Notes: generated by a model from the letters alone, not told the origin. A stretch of 26,970 nt of DNA from Clostridia bacterium (GCA_017521465.1 JAFXCN010000026.1:1-26970), one strand, 5' to 3'; counted from the stretch's first letter, positions 6,861-17,218 are shown. Made by a program: numbers and translations.

Positions 6861-7559
6861 TTATAAAATTTCCATCATTTGTGTTATCGATGATAATACT
6901 TTTGTCTCTGGTTCACAATCTAATATTTCTTCGTTTTCATATCCCCAAGTATGTTCATTAGGTATGTATATTGTGTTAAATCCAGCAAGTTTAGCTTCAT
7001 TTATATCCCCTTTTGGACTATTTCCAATCATATAACAATCATTTGGCTCTAATCCATATTTTTCTGTAATATGAATATAATCATCTTTTTCTTTATGGCC
7101 TACAATTTCATATTTTTTAAAATATTTTTTTATAGTTAGTTTACTAACTCTCTTTTCTTGAACATCTTGCATACCTTTAGTTATTATATTCATATTATAG
7201 CCTTTATCATAAAGATACTTTACCGTCTCTTCCACTCCATCTATAAGTTCCATTGGTAAATCATAAAGAATTGCACATTCTTTTTCTATGTATTCCGCCA
7301 AATTATATTTCTCGTAATTTTCATTTATTGTTTCTTTAGCAATTTGTTTTAGTGATAATACATAATTTTTAGGTCCATATCCATATTCCAAAAGATTTTC
7401 TGCCTGTCTTATATTAAAAGCTTTTCTTAACTCATCGTAATTATAGTCATTTGTATATTTACAAAGTTCAGATATCACTCTATCTTCAACTTCATCATAA
7501 TATCCTGAACATTTTATTAATGTATCGTCTAAATCAAAAAATAATGTTTTTTCTTTCAT
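6861..7559 (-). CDS. HAD-superfamily hydrolase
   Basis: 232 aa with HAD motif I FFDLDDTL near the N-terminus and C-terminal IGNSPKGDI (motif IV-like). Confidence 0.85.
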   Translation of the reverse strand: MKEKTLFFDLDDTLIKCSGYYDEVEDRVISELCKYTNDYNYDELRKAFNIRQAENLLEYGYGPKNYVLSLKQIAKETINENYEKYNLAEYIEKECAILYDLPMELIDGVEETVKYLYDKGYNMNIITKGMQDVQEKRVSKLTIKKYFKKYEIVGHKEKDDYIHITEKYGLEPNDCYMIGNSPKGDINEAKLAGFNTIYIPNEHTWGYENEEILDCEPETKVLSSITQMMEIL

Positions 7560-7581
7560 AACACTTCACTTCCTTTTTGTC

Positions 7582-7606
7582 AAATAAAGCAGGCGATACG
7601 CCTGCT
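7582..7606 (-). terminator. Intrinsic terminator after the 100-aa membrane protein gene
   Basis: Minus strand reads AGCAGGCG-TAT-CGCCTGCT followed by TTATTTG, immediately after the stop at 7611. Confidence 0.7.
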
Positions 7607-7610
7607 TATT

Positions 7611-7913
7611 TTACTTTTTCTTATATCGATTTTCAAAAACTCTAGTAATAACTTTTCTTCTTGTTTCAATATCATCTACTAATATATATGGAACTATACT
7701 TACAATTATTCCAGCATAATTTATTACAAAATGAGCTGTACGATTAACAAACTTCACATCTGCATATGCTGTTGCTAAAAGAACTATCATATATGCTAGT
7801 AAACTAATAAAAGCAGGAAAACTTTTTTTAAATTTAACTGAGCAAATTATTAACAAGATTGTAATTAAAGTAAATACACAAAATACTCTTAAATCACTAA
7901 AATCAATTATCAT
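7611..7913 (-). CDS. Small hydrophobic membrane protein, unknown function
   Basis: 100-aa ORF with about three hydrophobic segments and a basic C-terminus. The RBS is weak. Confidence 0.55.
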   Translation of the reverse strand: MIIDFSDLRVFCVFTLITILLIICSVKFKKSFPAFISLLAYMIVLLATAYADVKFVNRTAHFVINYAGIIVSIVPYILVDDIETRRKVITRVFENRYKKK

Positions 7914-7938
7914 ATATACTCTCTTTTCACTTTATATT

Positions 7939-8664
7939 TTATTCTTGCCAATTATGCCATATCTCTTGTACATCATCATTATCTTCTAGTTTTTCAATAA
8001 TAAGTCCCATTTTTTTAGCTCCATCTTCATCAAGTTCGATATAATTTTGAGGAACCATCTTAATTTCTGCTTCTAAATATTCAATTCCTTTTGATTCAAA
8101 ATATTCTCTTACTTGTGAAAATGTTTCTGGAGTTGTTTCGATTTCGTAGAATTCTTCATCAACTTCCATGTTTTCAGCTCCAGCTTCTAAAACCTCCATC
8201 ATTAAATCTTCTTCAGATAATTTAGAGCTTGCTTTTTCTATAATTATTATTCCTTTTTTATCAAACATCCAGCTAACAGAACCATTAGTGCCTAGGTTTC
8301 CGCCAAATTTATCTAAAATGTGTCTTACTTCACCAGCTGTTCTATTTCTATTATCTGTTGCTGTTTCTATTAATATAGCAACACCATTTGGTCCATATCC
8401 TTCATATGTTAGTTCTTCATAGTTTGTTGCTTCTCCATCTCCAGCAGCCTTCTTTATGCTTCTTTCTATATTATCATTTGGCATGTTATTTGCCTTACAT
8501 TTAGCTATTACATCTCTAAGCTTTGAATTTGACGCAGGATCAGGTCCACCAGCTTTAACCGCTATAAGTATTTCTCTACCTAGCTTTGTATAAATTTTTC
8601 CTCTTTGAGCATCTGTTTTTCCTTTTTTGGCAGCAATGTTATGCCATTTGCTATGTCCTGACAT
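7939..8664 (-). CDS. yebC: YebC/PmpR-family DNA-binding regulator / translation-associated factor
   Basis: 241 aa with the hallmark N-terminus MSGHSKWHNIAAKKGKTDAQRGKIYTKLGREI. RBS AAAGGAGG. Confidence 0.93.
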   Translation of the reverse strand: MSGHSKWHNIAAKKGKTDAQRGKIYTKLGREILIAVKAGGPDPASNSKLRDVIAKCKANNMPNDNIERSIKKAAGDGEATNYEELTYEGYGPNGVAILIETATDNRNRTAGEVRHILDKFGGNLGTNGSVSWMFDKKGIIIIEKASSKLSEEDLMMEVLEAGAENMEVDEEFYEIETTPETFSQVREYFESKGIEYLEAEIKMVPQNYIELDEDGAKKMGLIIEKLEDNDDVQEIWHNWQE

Positions 8665-8731
8665 TGTAAAATCCTCCTTTATTCTTCCTTTACTTATATA
8701 AAATGTTAAAAAATAACATTTTTGCTATTTG

Positions 8732-8760
8732 ATTATAGCATATATAGTGAAAATTGGCAA
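8732..8760 (-). promoter_or_regulatory. Sigma-A-type promoter for yebC
   Basis: Minus strand reads TTGCCA (8755-8760), a 17-nt spacer, then TGcTATAAT (-10 at 8732-8737). Confidence 0.55.
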
Positions 8761-8818
8761 GGAAATGATAAAAAATGGAAGTGCTGTGCTTTTCACCATT
8801 CACTATTAATTATTCACT

Positions 8819-8850
8819 AAAAAAAGATGGCCAAAGGCCATCTTTTTTTT
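8819..8850 (-). terminator. Intrinsic terminator of cysS (bidirectional architecture)
   Basis: Stem GATGGCC (8826-8832), loop AAA, stem GGCCATC (8836-8842), flanked by a 7-A run and an 8-T run. It abuts the cysS stop codon. Confidence 0.85.
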
Positions 8851-10315
8851 ATTTATATAGTGCTTTGAAATCCCATGTTGTTCCGTCTTTTGTGTCATTT
8901 AATATAATTCCTTCAGCATCTAAATTTGCTCTTATTTCGTCTGCTGTTGCATAGTCTTTATTTTGTTTTGCTTCTGCTCTTTTTGCAACCTGTTCTTCAA
9001 TATGATTTACATCTATACCTAATCTTTCAGTATATCTATTCTTCATATCTTGTAAGAAATCTTTTGGTTCTTCTGTAAATAATCCTAATACAGAATAAGT
9101 TTCTTTAAGGTCATTTAATACCTTTGCTAATGTGTTTGCTACTTGTGTTCTATTGCCTTTGTTTGCTGTTTTCATTGCATTGTTTACAAATTTAATTAGT
9201 GTATGTAAGTTTGCAAATACTGTTGATGTATTAAAGTCATCATCCATTGCTTCTATAAAGTTTTGAATAATATTATTTGCAATTTCGTCTTCTATTTTTT
9301 CGCCATTTGCATCACCATTATTATCCGCAATGAATTTATTCATTGCATCTATTGTTGTATAGAAATAATACATTTGGCTTTCTGCTAATGTAAAATCACT
9401 ATCTAAAATATCAATATCTGCTGCATAATGTTTTGAAAGCATAAGATATTTTAAAACTTCATAATGATATTTCTTTAATGCATCACGAATTGTTAATGAG
9501 TTACCTAACGATTTGCTCATTTTTTCTCCGTTTATTTTTATTAATCCACAATGTGACCAATAATTTGCAAATTTCTTTCCTGTTAATGCTTCTGTTTGAG
9601 CAATTTCATTTTCATGATGAGGGAATAATAAATCTCTTCCGCCACCGTGAATGTCGATTGTTTCACCCAATGTATCCAAAGCCATAGCAGAGCACTCTAT
9701 ATGCCATCCTGGTCTACCTTTGCCCCATGGAGAATCCCACGAAACTTCACCAGGTTTTGCACTTTTCCATAAAGCAAAATCAACTGGTTCTCTTTTGCCA
9801 TCTTCAAGTTCAATACGAACTCCATTTAAAAGTTCATCTACTTTTCTGTGAGATAATTTTCCATATTCATTAAATGTTTTTACTGAAAAATATACATCTC
9901 CTTTTTCCGTTGAATAAGCATGACCATTTTCAATAAGTCCTTCAACAAATTTAATTATTTTTTCGATGTATTCAGAAGCTTTAGTTGTTATATCTGAATT
10001 TTTTACATGTAAATCTGCCATATCTTTTTCTGTTTCTAAAATTTGTTCAGCTGAAAACTCTATTGCATTTTTACCAAGTTCATTTGCCTTTTTAATAATT
10101 TTGTCATCAACGTCAGTATAGTTTCTTACATATGTTACATCATATCCTCTGTATCTTAAATAATCTGTAATCATTGCATAAACAATGGCTTGCCTAGCAT
10201 GACCTATATGACTTAAATCATAAACTGTGATTCCACAGGCATACATCTTCACCTCTTTGTCTTTTATAGGTACAAACTCTTCTTTTTTACCTGTCATTGA
10301 ATTTGTAATCTTCAT
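8849..10315 (-). CDS. cysS: Cysteine--tRNA ligase
   Basis: Class I aaRS motifs HIGHAR and KMSKS in a CysRS-like context (GWHIECSAM). I prefer the start at 10315 (MKITNSMTGKKEEF) after GGGGGT rather than the ORF-track 10342. Confidence 0.95.
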   Translation of the reverse strand: MKITNSMTGKKEEFVPIKDKEVKMYACGITVYDLSHIGHARQAIVYAMITDYLRYRGYDVTYVRNYTDVDDKIIKKANELGKNAIEFSAEQILETEKDMADLHVKNSDITTKASEYIEKIIKFVEGLIENGHAYSTEKGDVYFSVKTFNEYGKLSHRKVDELLNGVRIELEDGKREPVDFALWKSAKPGEVSWDSPWGKGRPGWHIECSAMALDTLGETIDIHGGGRDLLFPHHENEIAQTEALTGKKFANYWSHCGLIKINGEKMSKSLGNSLTIRDALKKYHYEVLKYLMLSKHYAADIDILDSDFTLAESQMYYFYTTIDAMNKFIADNNGDANGEKIEDEIANNIIQNFIEAMDDDFNTSTVFANLHTLIKFVNNAMKTANKGNRTQVANTLAKVLNDLKETYSVLGLFTEEPKDFLQDMKNRYTERLGIDVNHIEEQVAKRAEAKQNKDYATADEIRANLDAEGIILNDTKDGTTWDFKALYK

Positions 10316-10369
10316 ATTTAATACCCCCATTAATTTATGCATTTTTGTATCGGATTTAGCCTCTCCTAT

Positions 10370-10408
10370 ACAAAAATATGAGTAATTATATCATATAATT
10401 ACTCATAT
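10370..10408 (-). terminator. AT-rich hairpin, probable terminator of the 140-aa membrane protein gene
   Basis: Perfect 16-bp arms ATATGAGTAATTATAT / ATATAATTACTCATAT with a 1-nt centre. The minus strand then reads TTTTG. The stem is all A/T apart from a few G/C, so its strength is uncertain. Confidence 0.55.
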
Positions 10409-10427
10409 TTCAACTTTTTAAACACAT

Positions 10428-10850
10428 TTATAAATCAAGTGCAGCTAAAATTCCAAGTAGCGCATATAAAGAAATTACATAAATAATAGGGAAAAATTGA
10501 ATAAAAAAGCTGTATATGCTTTTTCCTTTTTTACGTGCTATTATTGATTCTAATATACTAACACCAGAAACAACCGGAATGCTGAAAATTATCATCAAAA
10601 AAAGATTTCTAATAATTATTTCTCTTTCTGAAGGATTTGGATCATCATAAAGAAATCCTGCAAATATACATATAATGCATGATACTGGTATATAAATCAT
10701 CGTTAGAATGATATTAATTATTGTTCCTATCTTATCTAATCTTGTCTTTTTATAATCCTTTTTGCTAGGTAAAGTATAGTTAAGAAGTATTACTATCAAT
10801 ACTATTATCCAATAAATAACCACGTATATATCCCCAAATATAGCTCTCAT
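10428..10850 (-). CDS. Integral membrane protein, unknown function
   Basis: 140 aa with about four hydrophobic segments. RBS AGGAGGAA. Confidence 0.6.
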   Translation of the reverse strand: MRAIFGDIYVVIYWIIVLIVILLNYTLPSKKDYKKTRLDKIGTIINIILTMIYIPVSCIICIFAGFLYDDPNPSEREIIIRNLFLMIIFSIPVVSGVSILESIIARKKGKSIYSFFIQFFPIIYVISLYALLGILAALDL

Positions 10851-10884
10851 ACTTTATTCCTCCTATTATTAAATTTAATTGTTT

Positions 10885-13494
10885 TTAATGTGCCTCGTAC
10901 CAATTACTTCCAGTTTCTGCTTCTACTTTTAATGGAACATTTAATTCCATAACATTTTCCATACATCTAATCAAAAGTTCTTTAACTTGCTCTATTTCAC
11001 TATTTTCAGCTTCTATTACCAATTCATCGTGTACTTGCAAAATTAGTTTAGATTTTAATTTCTTTTCTTCTAATTCTTTTTGTACATTTATCATAGCAAT
11101 TTTTATTATATCTGCTGCAGTTCCTTGAATTGGAGCATTCATAGCAACTCTTTCGCCAAATTGTCTAACATTAAAGTTATTTGACTTTATTTCAGGTACA
11201 TATCTTCTTCTGCCCCAAAGAGTTTCAACGAAGCCTTCTTCTTTACATTTTTCAATTTCTCCATCCATATATTTCTTTATATTAGGATATTTTTCAAAAT
11301 ATGTTTCAATATATGCTTTTGCCTTTTTTCTTGATGTTCCAATGTTAGTTGCTAATCCGAAATCACTAATTCCATAAACTATACCAAAATTAACAGCTTT
11401 AGCTTCTGAACGCATTTGTTTTGTCACATATTCTAAAGGCACACCGAACACTTGTGAGGCCGTTATGGCATGAATATCATCACCATTTTTAAATGCTTCT
11501 ATCATTGTTGCATCATCAGCAATATGAGATAAAACTCTTAACTCAATTTGTGAATAGTCAGCATCAATAAATGTATATCCTTCAGGTGCTACAAATATTT
11601 TTCTTAATCCTTTTCCAAGTTCAGTTCTTATTGGGATGTTTTGCAAGTTTGGTTCTGTACAACTTATTCTACCAGTTGCAGTTACTGTTTGATTAAACTT
11701 TGCATGAATTCTTCCTGTTTTTTCATTTATTAATGGTAACATTCCATCTACATATGTTGCTTTCAATTTACTAAGTGTTCTATACTCCAATATTTTTTCA
11801 ATAATTGGATGTTCTAATTTTAATTTTTCTAATACATCAACGTCAGTTGAATATCCACTTTTTGTTTTCTTTATAACAGGTAAATTTAATTCTTCAAACA
11901 AAACTTCTCCAAGTTGTTTAGGTGAATTAACATTAAACTCTCTTCCAGCAAAATTCCATATTTCTTTAATTAATGTATCAACTTTTTCAGCCAAATCTAC
12001 AGAATATTCTTCAAGCATATTTTTATCAACTAATACTCCTTGATATTCCATCTCTGCAAGAACTTTCATAAGTGGCATTTCCATTTCAGCGAATAATTTT
12101 TCTTGCTTCTTCTCTTTTAATTTTTCTTCTAATTTTTGTTTACACTTATATATATTTTTTGCATATTTTACTTCTGCTTCACCATTATCTTCTTCAACAT
12201 CTTCAAATCCATTTAGCATTATTTGAGAATTTTCTTTTTTAGTTTCAATCATAATTCCCAATTCTTCTAAAATCATGTCATCTAATTTATAACTATCTTT
12301 TGATGGGTTTAAAACATATGATGCTATTGATATATCAAACATCATATTTTTAGGTACTATACCCATTTGTTTTAATTTTAGATAATCACCTTTTTGCTCA
12401 AATCCAATTTTTAAATTGTCACTTTCAAAAATATCTTTTAATATTTGTTCAGTCGGATTTGCTGTATAATATAGTTTTTCGTTATGATAAATCGCAAGTC
12501 CATTTTTATAATAATATCCAATTTCTCCATCTTCGATTTTTAAATCTTTAATATCGTTTATTACAACTTCTTCCTCTTCAACTTTACTTTCTTGTGCGCC
12601 TTCTTTTAGGCCAAGTTTTTCAATAAAGTTTCTAAATTGTAATTTAACAAAAAGATTATAAAGTTCTTCGTTGTTAAACTCTTTATATTCTATATTTGAA
12701 AGTTCAATATCAATAGGAACTTCCCTAAATATTGTTCCTAATTCTAATGATAAATAAGCTAATTCTTTATTATCAACAATTTTTTCTTTTAATTTTCCTT
12801 TTACCTTTTCTAACTCTTCTCCAGCTTCCAATTTTGAGTAAATATTATCAACATCGTGATACATTTGAATCAAAGAAAATGCAGTCTTTTCTCCTACTCC
12901 AGGCACACCAGGAATATTATCAGAAGTATCACCCATCAAACCTTTTACTTGTATAAATTGAATTGGGTCAATTCCATATTTTTCTTTTATAACTTCAGGT
13001 GTATAGTCTGTACTTTCTGTCGATCCCATTCTAGTAGTCGGTATCCTAACTGTTACATTATCAGATACCAATTGAAGTGAATCTTTATCCCCGGTTAGAA
13101 GTAACACTTCTATATTATTTTCATCACCATATTTTGCAAGTGTACCTAATATATCATCAGCTTCGTATCCTTCTAACTCTAATATAGTAATATTCATAGC
13201 TCTTAAGACATCTTTTATAATAGGCATTTGCATTCTAAGCTCATCTGGCATACCTTTTCTTGTTGCTTTATATCCATCATATTTTTTATGTCTGAATGTT
13301 GGTGCCTTCAGATCGAACGTAACACAAATATAATCTGGTTTTTCATCACTTAAAAGCTTAAACAATATTGATAAAAAACCATAAATAGCATTTGTATATG
13401 TTCCATCTGTAGTCACTAAAAGCTTTGAATTCATAATGCCATAAAAAGCTCTATTCATAATACTATTTCCATCAATTGCAACTAACTTTTTCAA
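10885..13494 (-). CDS. polA: DNA polymerase I
   Basis: 869 aa. N-terminal 5'-3' exonuclease (GYKATR, GDTSDNIPGVPGVGEKTA) and C-terminal family A polymerase motifs (DYSQIELRVL, QVHDEL). The start appears to be TTG (13492-13494), 7 nt after AAGGAG. Confidence 0.96.
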   Translation of the reverse strand: MKKLVAIDGNSIMNRAFYGIMNSKLLVTTDGTYTNAIYGFLSILFKLLSDEKPDYICVTFDLKAPTFRHKKYDGYKATRKGMPDELRMQMPIIKDVLRAMNITILELEGYEADDILGTLAKYGDENNIEVLLLTGDKDSLQLVSDNVTVRIPTTRMGSTESTDYTPEVIKEKYGIDPIQFIQVKGLMGDTSDNIPGVPGVGEKTAFSLIQMYHDVDNIYSKLEAGEELEKVKGKLKEKIVDNKELAYLSLELGTIFREVPIDIELSNIEYKEFNNEELYNLFVKLQFRNFIEKLGLKEGAQESKVEEEEVVINDIKDLKIEDGEIGYYYKNGLAIYHNEKLYYTANPTEQILKDIFESDNLKIGFEQKGDYLKLKQMGIVPKNMMFDISIASYVLNPSKDSYKLDDMILEELGIMIETKKENSQIMLNGFEDVEEDNGEAEVKYAKNIYKCKQKLEEKLKEKKQEKLFAEMEMPLMKVLAEMEYQGVLVDKNMLEEYSVDLAEKVDTLIKEIWNFAGREFNVNSPKQLGEVLFEELNLPVIKKTKSGYSTDVDVLEKLKLEHPIIEKILEYRTLSKLKATYVDGMLPLINEKTGRIHAKFNQTVTATGRISCTEPNLQNIPIRTELGKGLRKIFVAPEGYTFIDADYSQIELRVLSHIADDATMIEAFKNGDDIHAITASQVFGVPLEYVTKQMRSEAKAVNFGIVYGISDFGLATNIGTSRKKAKAYIETYFEKYPNIKKYMDGEIEKCKEEGFVETLWGRRRYVPEIKSNNFNVRQFGERVAMNAPIQGTAADIIKIAMINVQKELEEKKLKSKLILQVHDELVIEAENSEIEQVKELLIRCMENVMELNVPLKVEAETGSNWYEAH

Positions 13495-14506
13495 TCTCTT
13501 TCTCCTTAACTTTATATTTCTTTCTTATTATCATTAAATGTATTTTCCTTACTAACTTATATAATTGAACAACCACATAAGCGCCTATTATATCTATTAA
13601 AATTCTAAAAAATATTTCTATATAAATATTATCAAATCTTATTTTTAAAACTTCAAACCTCAACAACGTATTTTCAATATAATGAATTAATAATATATAT
13701 AAACTATTTTTTCCACACCAAGCTAAAAAATTATTTGTATAAATTTTTTTAGATTCAAAAAATTTAGAAAATTTTAATATAATCAAACTTCCACATACTG
13801 CGGCAAGATATGAAAATATGCTTTGGTAACTTCTAGTTGCAATTTCTATGGTTTCAGTTGCAATCCCTAAAACCCAAATGCAAACCATTATGAATAACAA
13901 AAAATTATCTTTAAATATTTTTTCTATACCTTTAGTTGAATATAACATATAGCCAATCCAATAAAAAAACATACATGCAAAAGCAACATCTAGACTAAAC
14001 GGAAGATAATATCCAAACGCTCCCAATCCAATTCCAATAATTGTTAAAAAACAACATGCTATATATTCATGCAATTTGTTATTCTTAAATAACTTTTTTA
14101 TTATACAAAATATTAATTTTATGGTTATAAGGAAAGGGATAAACCATAAAACACCTGTTAATAATACATCTGAATATTTAATTTTATCAATATATGAAAT
14201 AGAATAAATTGTTTGTTCCAACCATTTAGTTATTATATTAAAAAAAGATATTTGTTTACTAAAGTATATATAGTCAACAATAAACAAACATAACATATAT
14301 GGCAAAAACAATTTTATAATTGTATCTTTCAAAATCTTTTTAAAAGTTTTATCCTTATAAAACATTCCACTGACAATAATAAATAGAGGCATATGAAAAG
14401 AATATATAAAATCTCTTAATATTCCTTTTTCAATATTATGCCCTATAATCATCAATAAAATGGAAATTCCGCGCGCAATATCAATAAATTTTTCTCTTTT
14501 ATCCAT
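13472..14506 (-). CDS. Membrane acyltransferase (acyltransferase-3 / OafA-like family)
   Basis: Polytopic membrane protein. The N-terminal KFIDIARGISILLMIIGH is typical of the family. I prefer the start at 14506 after GAGG. Its 3' end overlaps the polA start by 23 nt. Confidence 0.8.
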   Translation of the reverse strand: MDKREKFIDIARGISILLMIIGHNIEKGILRDFIYSFHMPLFIIVSGMFYKDKTFKKILKDTIIKLFLPYMLCLFIVDYIYFSKQISFFNIITKWLEQTIYSISYIDKIKYSDVLLTGVLWFIPFLITIKLIFCIIKKLFKNNKLHEYIACCFLTIIGIGLGAFGYYLPFSLDVAFACMFFYWIGYMLYSTKGIEKIFKDNFLLFIMVCIWVLGIATETIEIATRSYQSIFSYLAAVCGSLIILKFSKFFESKKIYTNNFLAWCGKNSLYILLIHYIENTLLRFEVLKIRFDNIYIEIFFRILIDIIGAYVVVQLYKLVRKIHLMIIRKKYKVKEKEIEKVSCN

Positions 14507-14545
14507 TAGAAACCTCACATGTTAAATATATGTTTAATAGACGAT

Positions 14546-15433
14546 TTAAATTTTTAGACTTTTTTTATATTTTATACTAGAAATATCACTAGTATTTGAA
14601 CGCCCAATCACATCACCAATAGAAATTTTTGTCTCTATGTTATTAGCCGTATTTTTTTTAATTTGTTCATTTAATATTACTTTATCTTTTTCTATTAACT
14701 GTATAATTGTCGAACCACCAAATTCAAAATATCCTTTTTCATCATACTTTTTGAATTTATTGATTGAATGATTCTTTATCTTTCCAACACATAAAGCTCC
14801 AACTTCGATTTGAAGTATATCCCCAAAATTATATGTTTTTAACAAACTAATCTCTCTACTATTTTCCGAAAATACTTTATACTTATCATGTGAAATCGGA
14901 CTTACTGTATGTAACTTTCCTTTTATATATTTTAATTTATCTTGCTTTCCTGAATCTATAAAAATATATCTGTGATAATCACTTGGTATTAATCTGTAAA
15001 TAATGCAAAGTCCGCCCAAATATTTTTGGGCAAGTTCTTTATCTTGTATTAATTCTTCAACAGAATATTTACTCTTTTTTACGTCTATTATCAAATCTTC
15101 ACTTATATCATAACAAGTAATTCTTGACTCAGCAGTAGATATAAATTCTTTGGATTTTTTTGACTTTTTCTCTATCTTGTTTTCTCTCTTAAAGAAGTCA
15201 TTGAAACTTTTAAATTTTTTATCTCCCAAATTTATGTCGTATTTTTTTACATATCGTTTTATAAGTGGTTTTGACATTGGAGTATTTAATACTATTCCTA
15301 CAAATTTTGAAACAAACGGGCATACTAATATTTTTAGTATACACCTTCCAAATATTGTAGAATATAAAAATTTCAAAAACACTCCTTCATCTTGATGATT
15401 AATTTGATTATAATTTAACTCTACATATTCCAT
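14546..15433 (-). CDS. psd: Phosphatidylserine decarboxylase proenzyme
   Basis: 295 aa with the self-cleavage motif FEFGGSTI (G-S-T pyruvoyl-forming site) near the C-terminal third. It is adjacent to pssA. Confidence 0.88.
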   Translation of the reverse strand: MEYVELNYNQINHQDEGVFLKFLYSTIFGRCILKILVCPFVSKFVGIVLNTPMSKPLIKRYVKKYDINLGDKKFKSFNDFFKRENKIEKKSKKSKEFISTAESRITCYDISEDLIIDVKKSKYSVEELIQDKELAQKYLGGLCIIYRLIPSDYHRYIFIDSGKQDKLKYIKGKLHTVSPISHDKYKVFSENSREISLLKTYNFGDILQIEVGALCVGKIKNHSINKFKKYDEKGYFEFGGSTIIQLIEKDKVILNEQIKKNTANNIETKISIGDVIGRSNTSDISSIKYKKSLKI

Positions 15434-15460
15434 AGTATTTCTCTCTTTTAAACAATCTAT

Positions 15461-16045
15461 CTATAATGTATTTCTAAATATCAAAAATAATACAAATAAT
15501 ATACCTACTATTGAAAGTGCAATTTTTGATTTTAAATTTAATTTTTTTATTTTAAAATTACTAACATATGCAAAACTTAACGCTAAAAGTGCACCTACAA
15601 ATACATATTCGTTCTTCGTAAATACATAGATTAGAGGCAATAAGATTGTAGAAACTGTTATTGGTACGCCAGTAAAATATCCACTATTTTCTTTTGATGT
15701 TATATTATAATATGCTAGTCTTCCAACGCCACACACTAAAAAAATAGAATATATTACTAAATCTATAATGCTATTGAATCCCATTGATAAACATATTACT
15801 ACTGGAAAAACTCCAGAAGAAATAATATCTACCAACGAATCTAATTCTACGCCAAAATTAGGATCTCCATCTTTTCTCAATTTTCTTGCAAAAGCACCAT
15901 CAAATCCATCACAAATTCCAGCAATAAGTAGACACATAACCGCTAAATCTATATTACCTACAAGACATAATTGTATTCCTAATACAGCTAACACTAATCC
16001 AACATACGTTAATATATTGGCTTTATCACATATGTTTTTTAACAT
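15461..16045 (-). CDS. pssA: CDP-diacylglycerol--serine O-phosphatidyltransferase
   Basis: CDP-alcohol phosphatidyltransferase motif DGFDGAFARKL...G...DSLVD in a polytopic membrane protein. I prefer the start at 16045 (MLKNICD) because AAGGGGAG lies inside the ORF-track N-terminal extension. Confidence 0.88.
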   Translation of the reverse strand: MLKNICDKANILTYVGLVLAVLGIQLCLVGNIDLAVMCLLIAGICDGFDGAFARKLRKDGDPNFGVELDSLVDIISSGVFPVVICLSMGFNSIIDLVIYSIFLVCGVGRLAYYNITSKENSGYFTGVPITVSTILLPLIYVFTKNEYVFVGALLALSFAYVSNFKIKKLNLKSKIALSIVGILFVLFLIFRNTL

Positions 16046-16084
16046 TTTACTGCTCCCCTTTTTCATTTTTCATGCATCATTATT

Positions 16085-17206
16085 TTATATTCTTATTAAT
16101 TCGTATTTTGAATTTCCTAAGCCTATTTTTTCTCCATGTTCAATTTGACTTTCCCAATTTGTTTCTGGATGATTTGTATGGAAATTATCTTTATCTATAA
16201 TATTTTTCTTTATATTTTCACCTAAATTACTGTTCATAAATGCTGTTTGTTCATTTACCAAATCAGCACATGCTCTGTCTAACGCAACTGCATCAAATGA
16301 AGCAAGCATTCCAACATTTGGAACTATTGGTGCATCATTTTCAGAATGACAATCACAATTTGGTGAAACATCACAAATTATATTTATATGAAATTGTGGT
16401 CTATCTTTTACTACAGCTAATGCATATTCAGCCATCTTCTTATTTAAAATATCATTTGCAGAACCATCATTTGGTTTTATAGCATCAAAGTTACACATAC
16501 CAATACATCTTCCGCATCCAACACATTTATCATGATCTATTATTGCTACGCCTGTATTTTCGTCATAACTAATTGCATCATGTGCACAAATTTTAGCACA
16601 CAACTTACATTTTTTGCATTTACTTTCATTAACTACTGGTTTGCCATTATAGTGCATTTCCATTTTTCCAGCTCTTGAACCACAACCCATTCCAAGATTT
16701 TTGATTGCACCACCAAAACCTGTTGCTTCATGGCCTTTAAAATGGTTAAGCGAAATTACAATGTCTGCATCCATAACTGCAGTACCAATTTTTGCTTCTT
16801 TTACATATTCTCCATCAATAGGAACCAAAGTTTCATCTGTTCCTTTTAATCCATCAGCAATTATAACTTGGCATCCAGTTGAAAGTGGTGTAAATCCATT
16901 TTCAAATGCAGCTTCAATATGATCTAAAGCATTTTTTCTTCTTCCAACATATAAAGTATTTGCATCTGTCAAGAAAGGTTTTCCACCTAATTCTTTAATA
17001 ACATCTGCAACCGCTTTTGCATAATTTGGTCTTAAAAATGCTAAATTTCCTGGCTCACCAAAATGTATTTTGATTGCAACAAATTTATTGTTAAAATCTA
17101 TATTTTCTATTCCAGCTTTTTTTATTAACATTTGTAATTTTTGTGGAATATTTAATCCTGGTTTTGCTCTAAAATCTGTAAAATATACTTTTGAATTTTC
17201 TTTCAT
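16085..17206 (-). CDS. DUF362-type protein with two 4Fe-4S ferredoxin motifs
   Basis: 373 aa. The N-terminal VAIKIHFGEPGN region is typical of DUF362. It carries CKKCKLCAKIC and CVGCGRCIGMC cluster motifs. Confidence 0.85.
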   Translation of the reverse strand: MKENSKVYFTDFRAKPGLNIPQKLQMLIKKAGIENIDFNNKFVAIKIHFGEPGNLAFLRPNYAKAVADVIKELGGKPFLTDANTLYVGRRKNALDHIEAAFENGFTPLSTGCQVIIADGLKGTDETLVPIDGEYVKEAKIGTAVMDADIVISLNHFKGHEATGFGGAIKNLGMGCGSRAGKMEMHYNGKPVVNESKCKKCKLCAKICAHDAISYDENTGVAIIDHDKCVGCGRCIGMCNFDAIKPNDGSANDILNKKMAEYALAVVKDRPQFHINIICDVSPNCDCHSENDAPIVPNVGMLASFDAVALDRACADLVNEQTAFMNSNLGENIKKNIIDKDNFHTNHPETNWESQIEHGEKIGLGNSKYELIRI

Positions 17207-17218
17207 TTTCTTTCTCCT

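Noticed and set aside
10316-10427. T-box leader upstream of cysS.
   Set aside because: Only ~110 nt are available, and most of it is the terminator hairpin of the upstream gene. I found no conserved T-box sequence or specifier-loop architecture.
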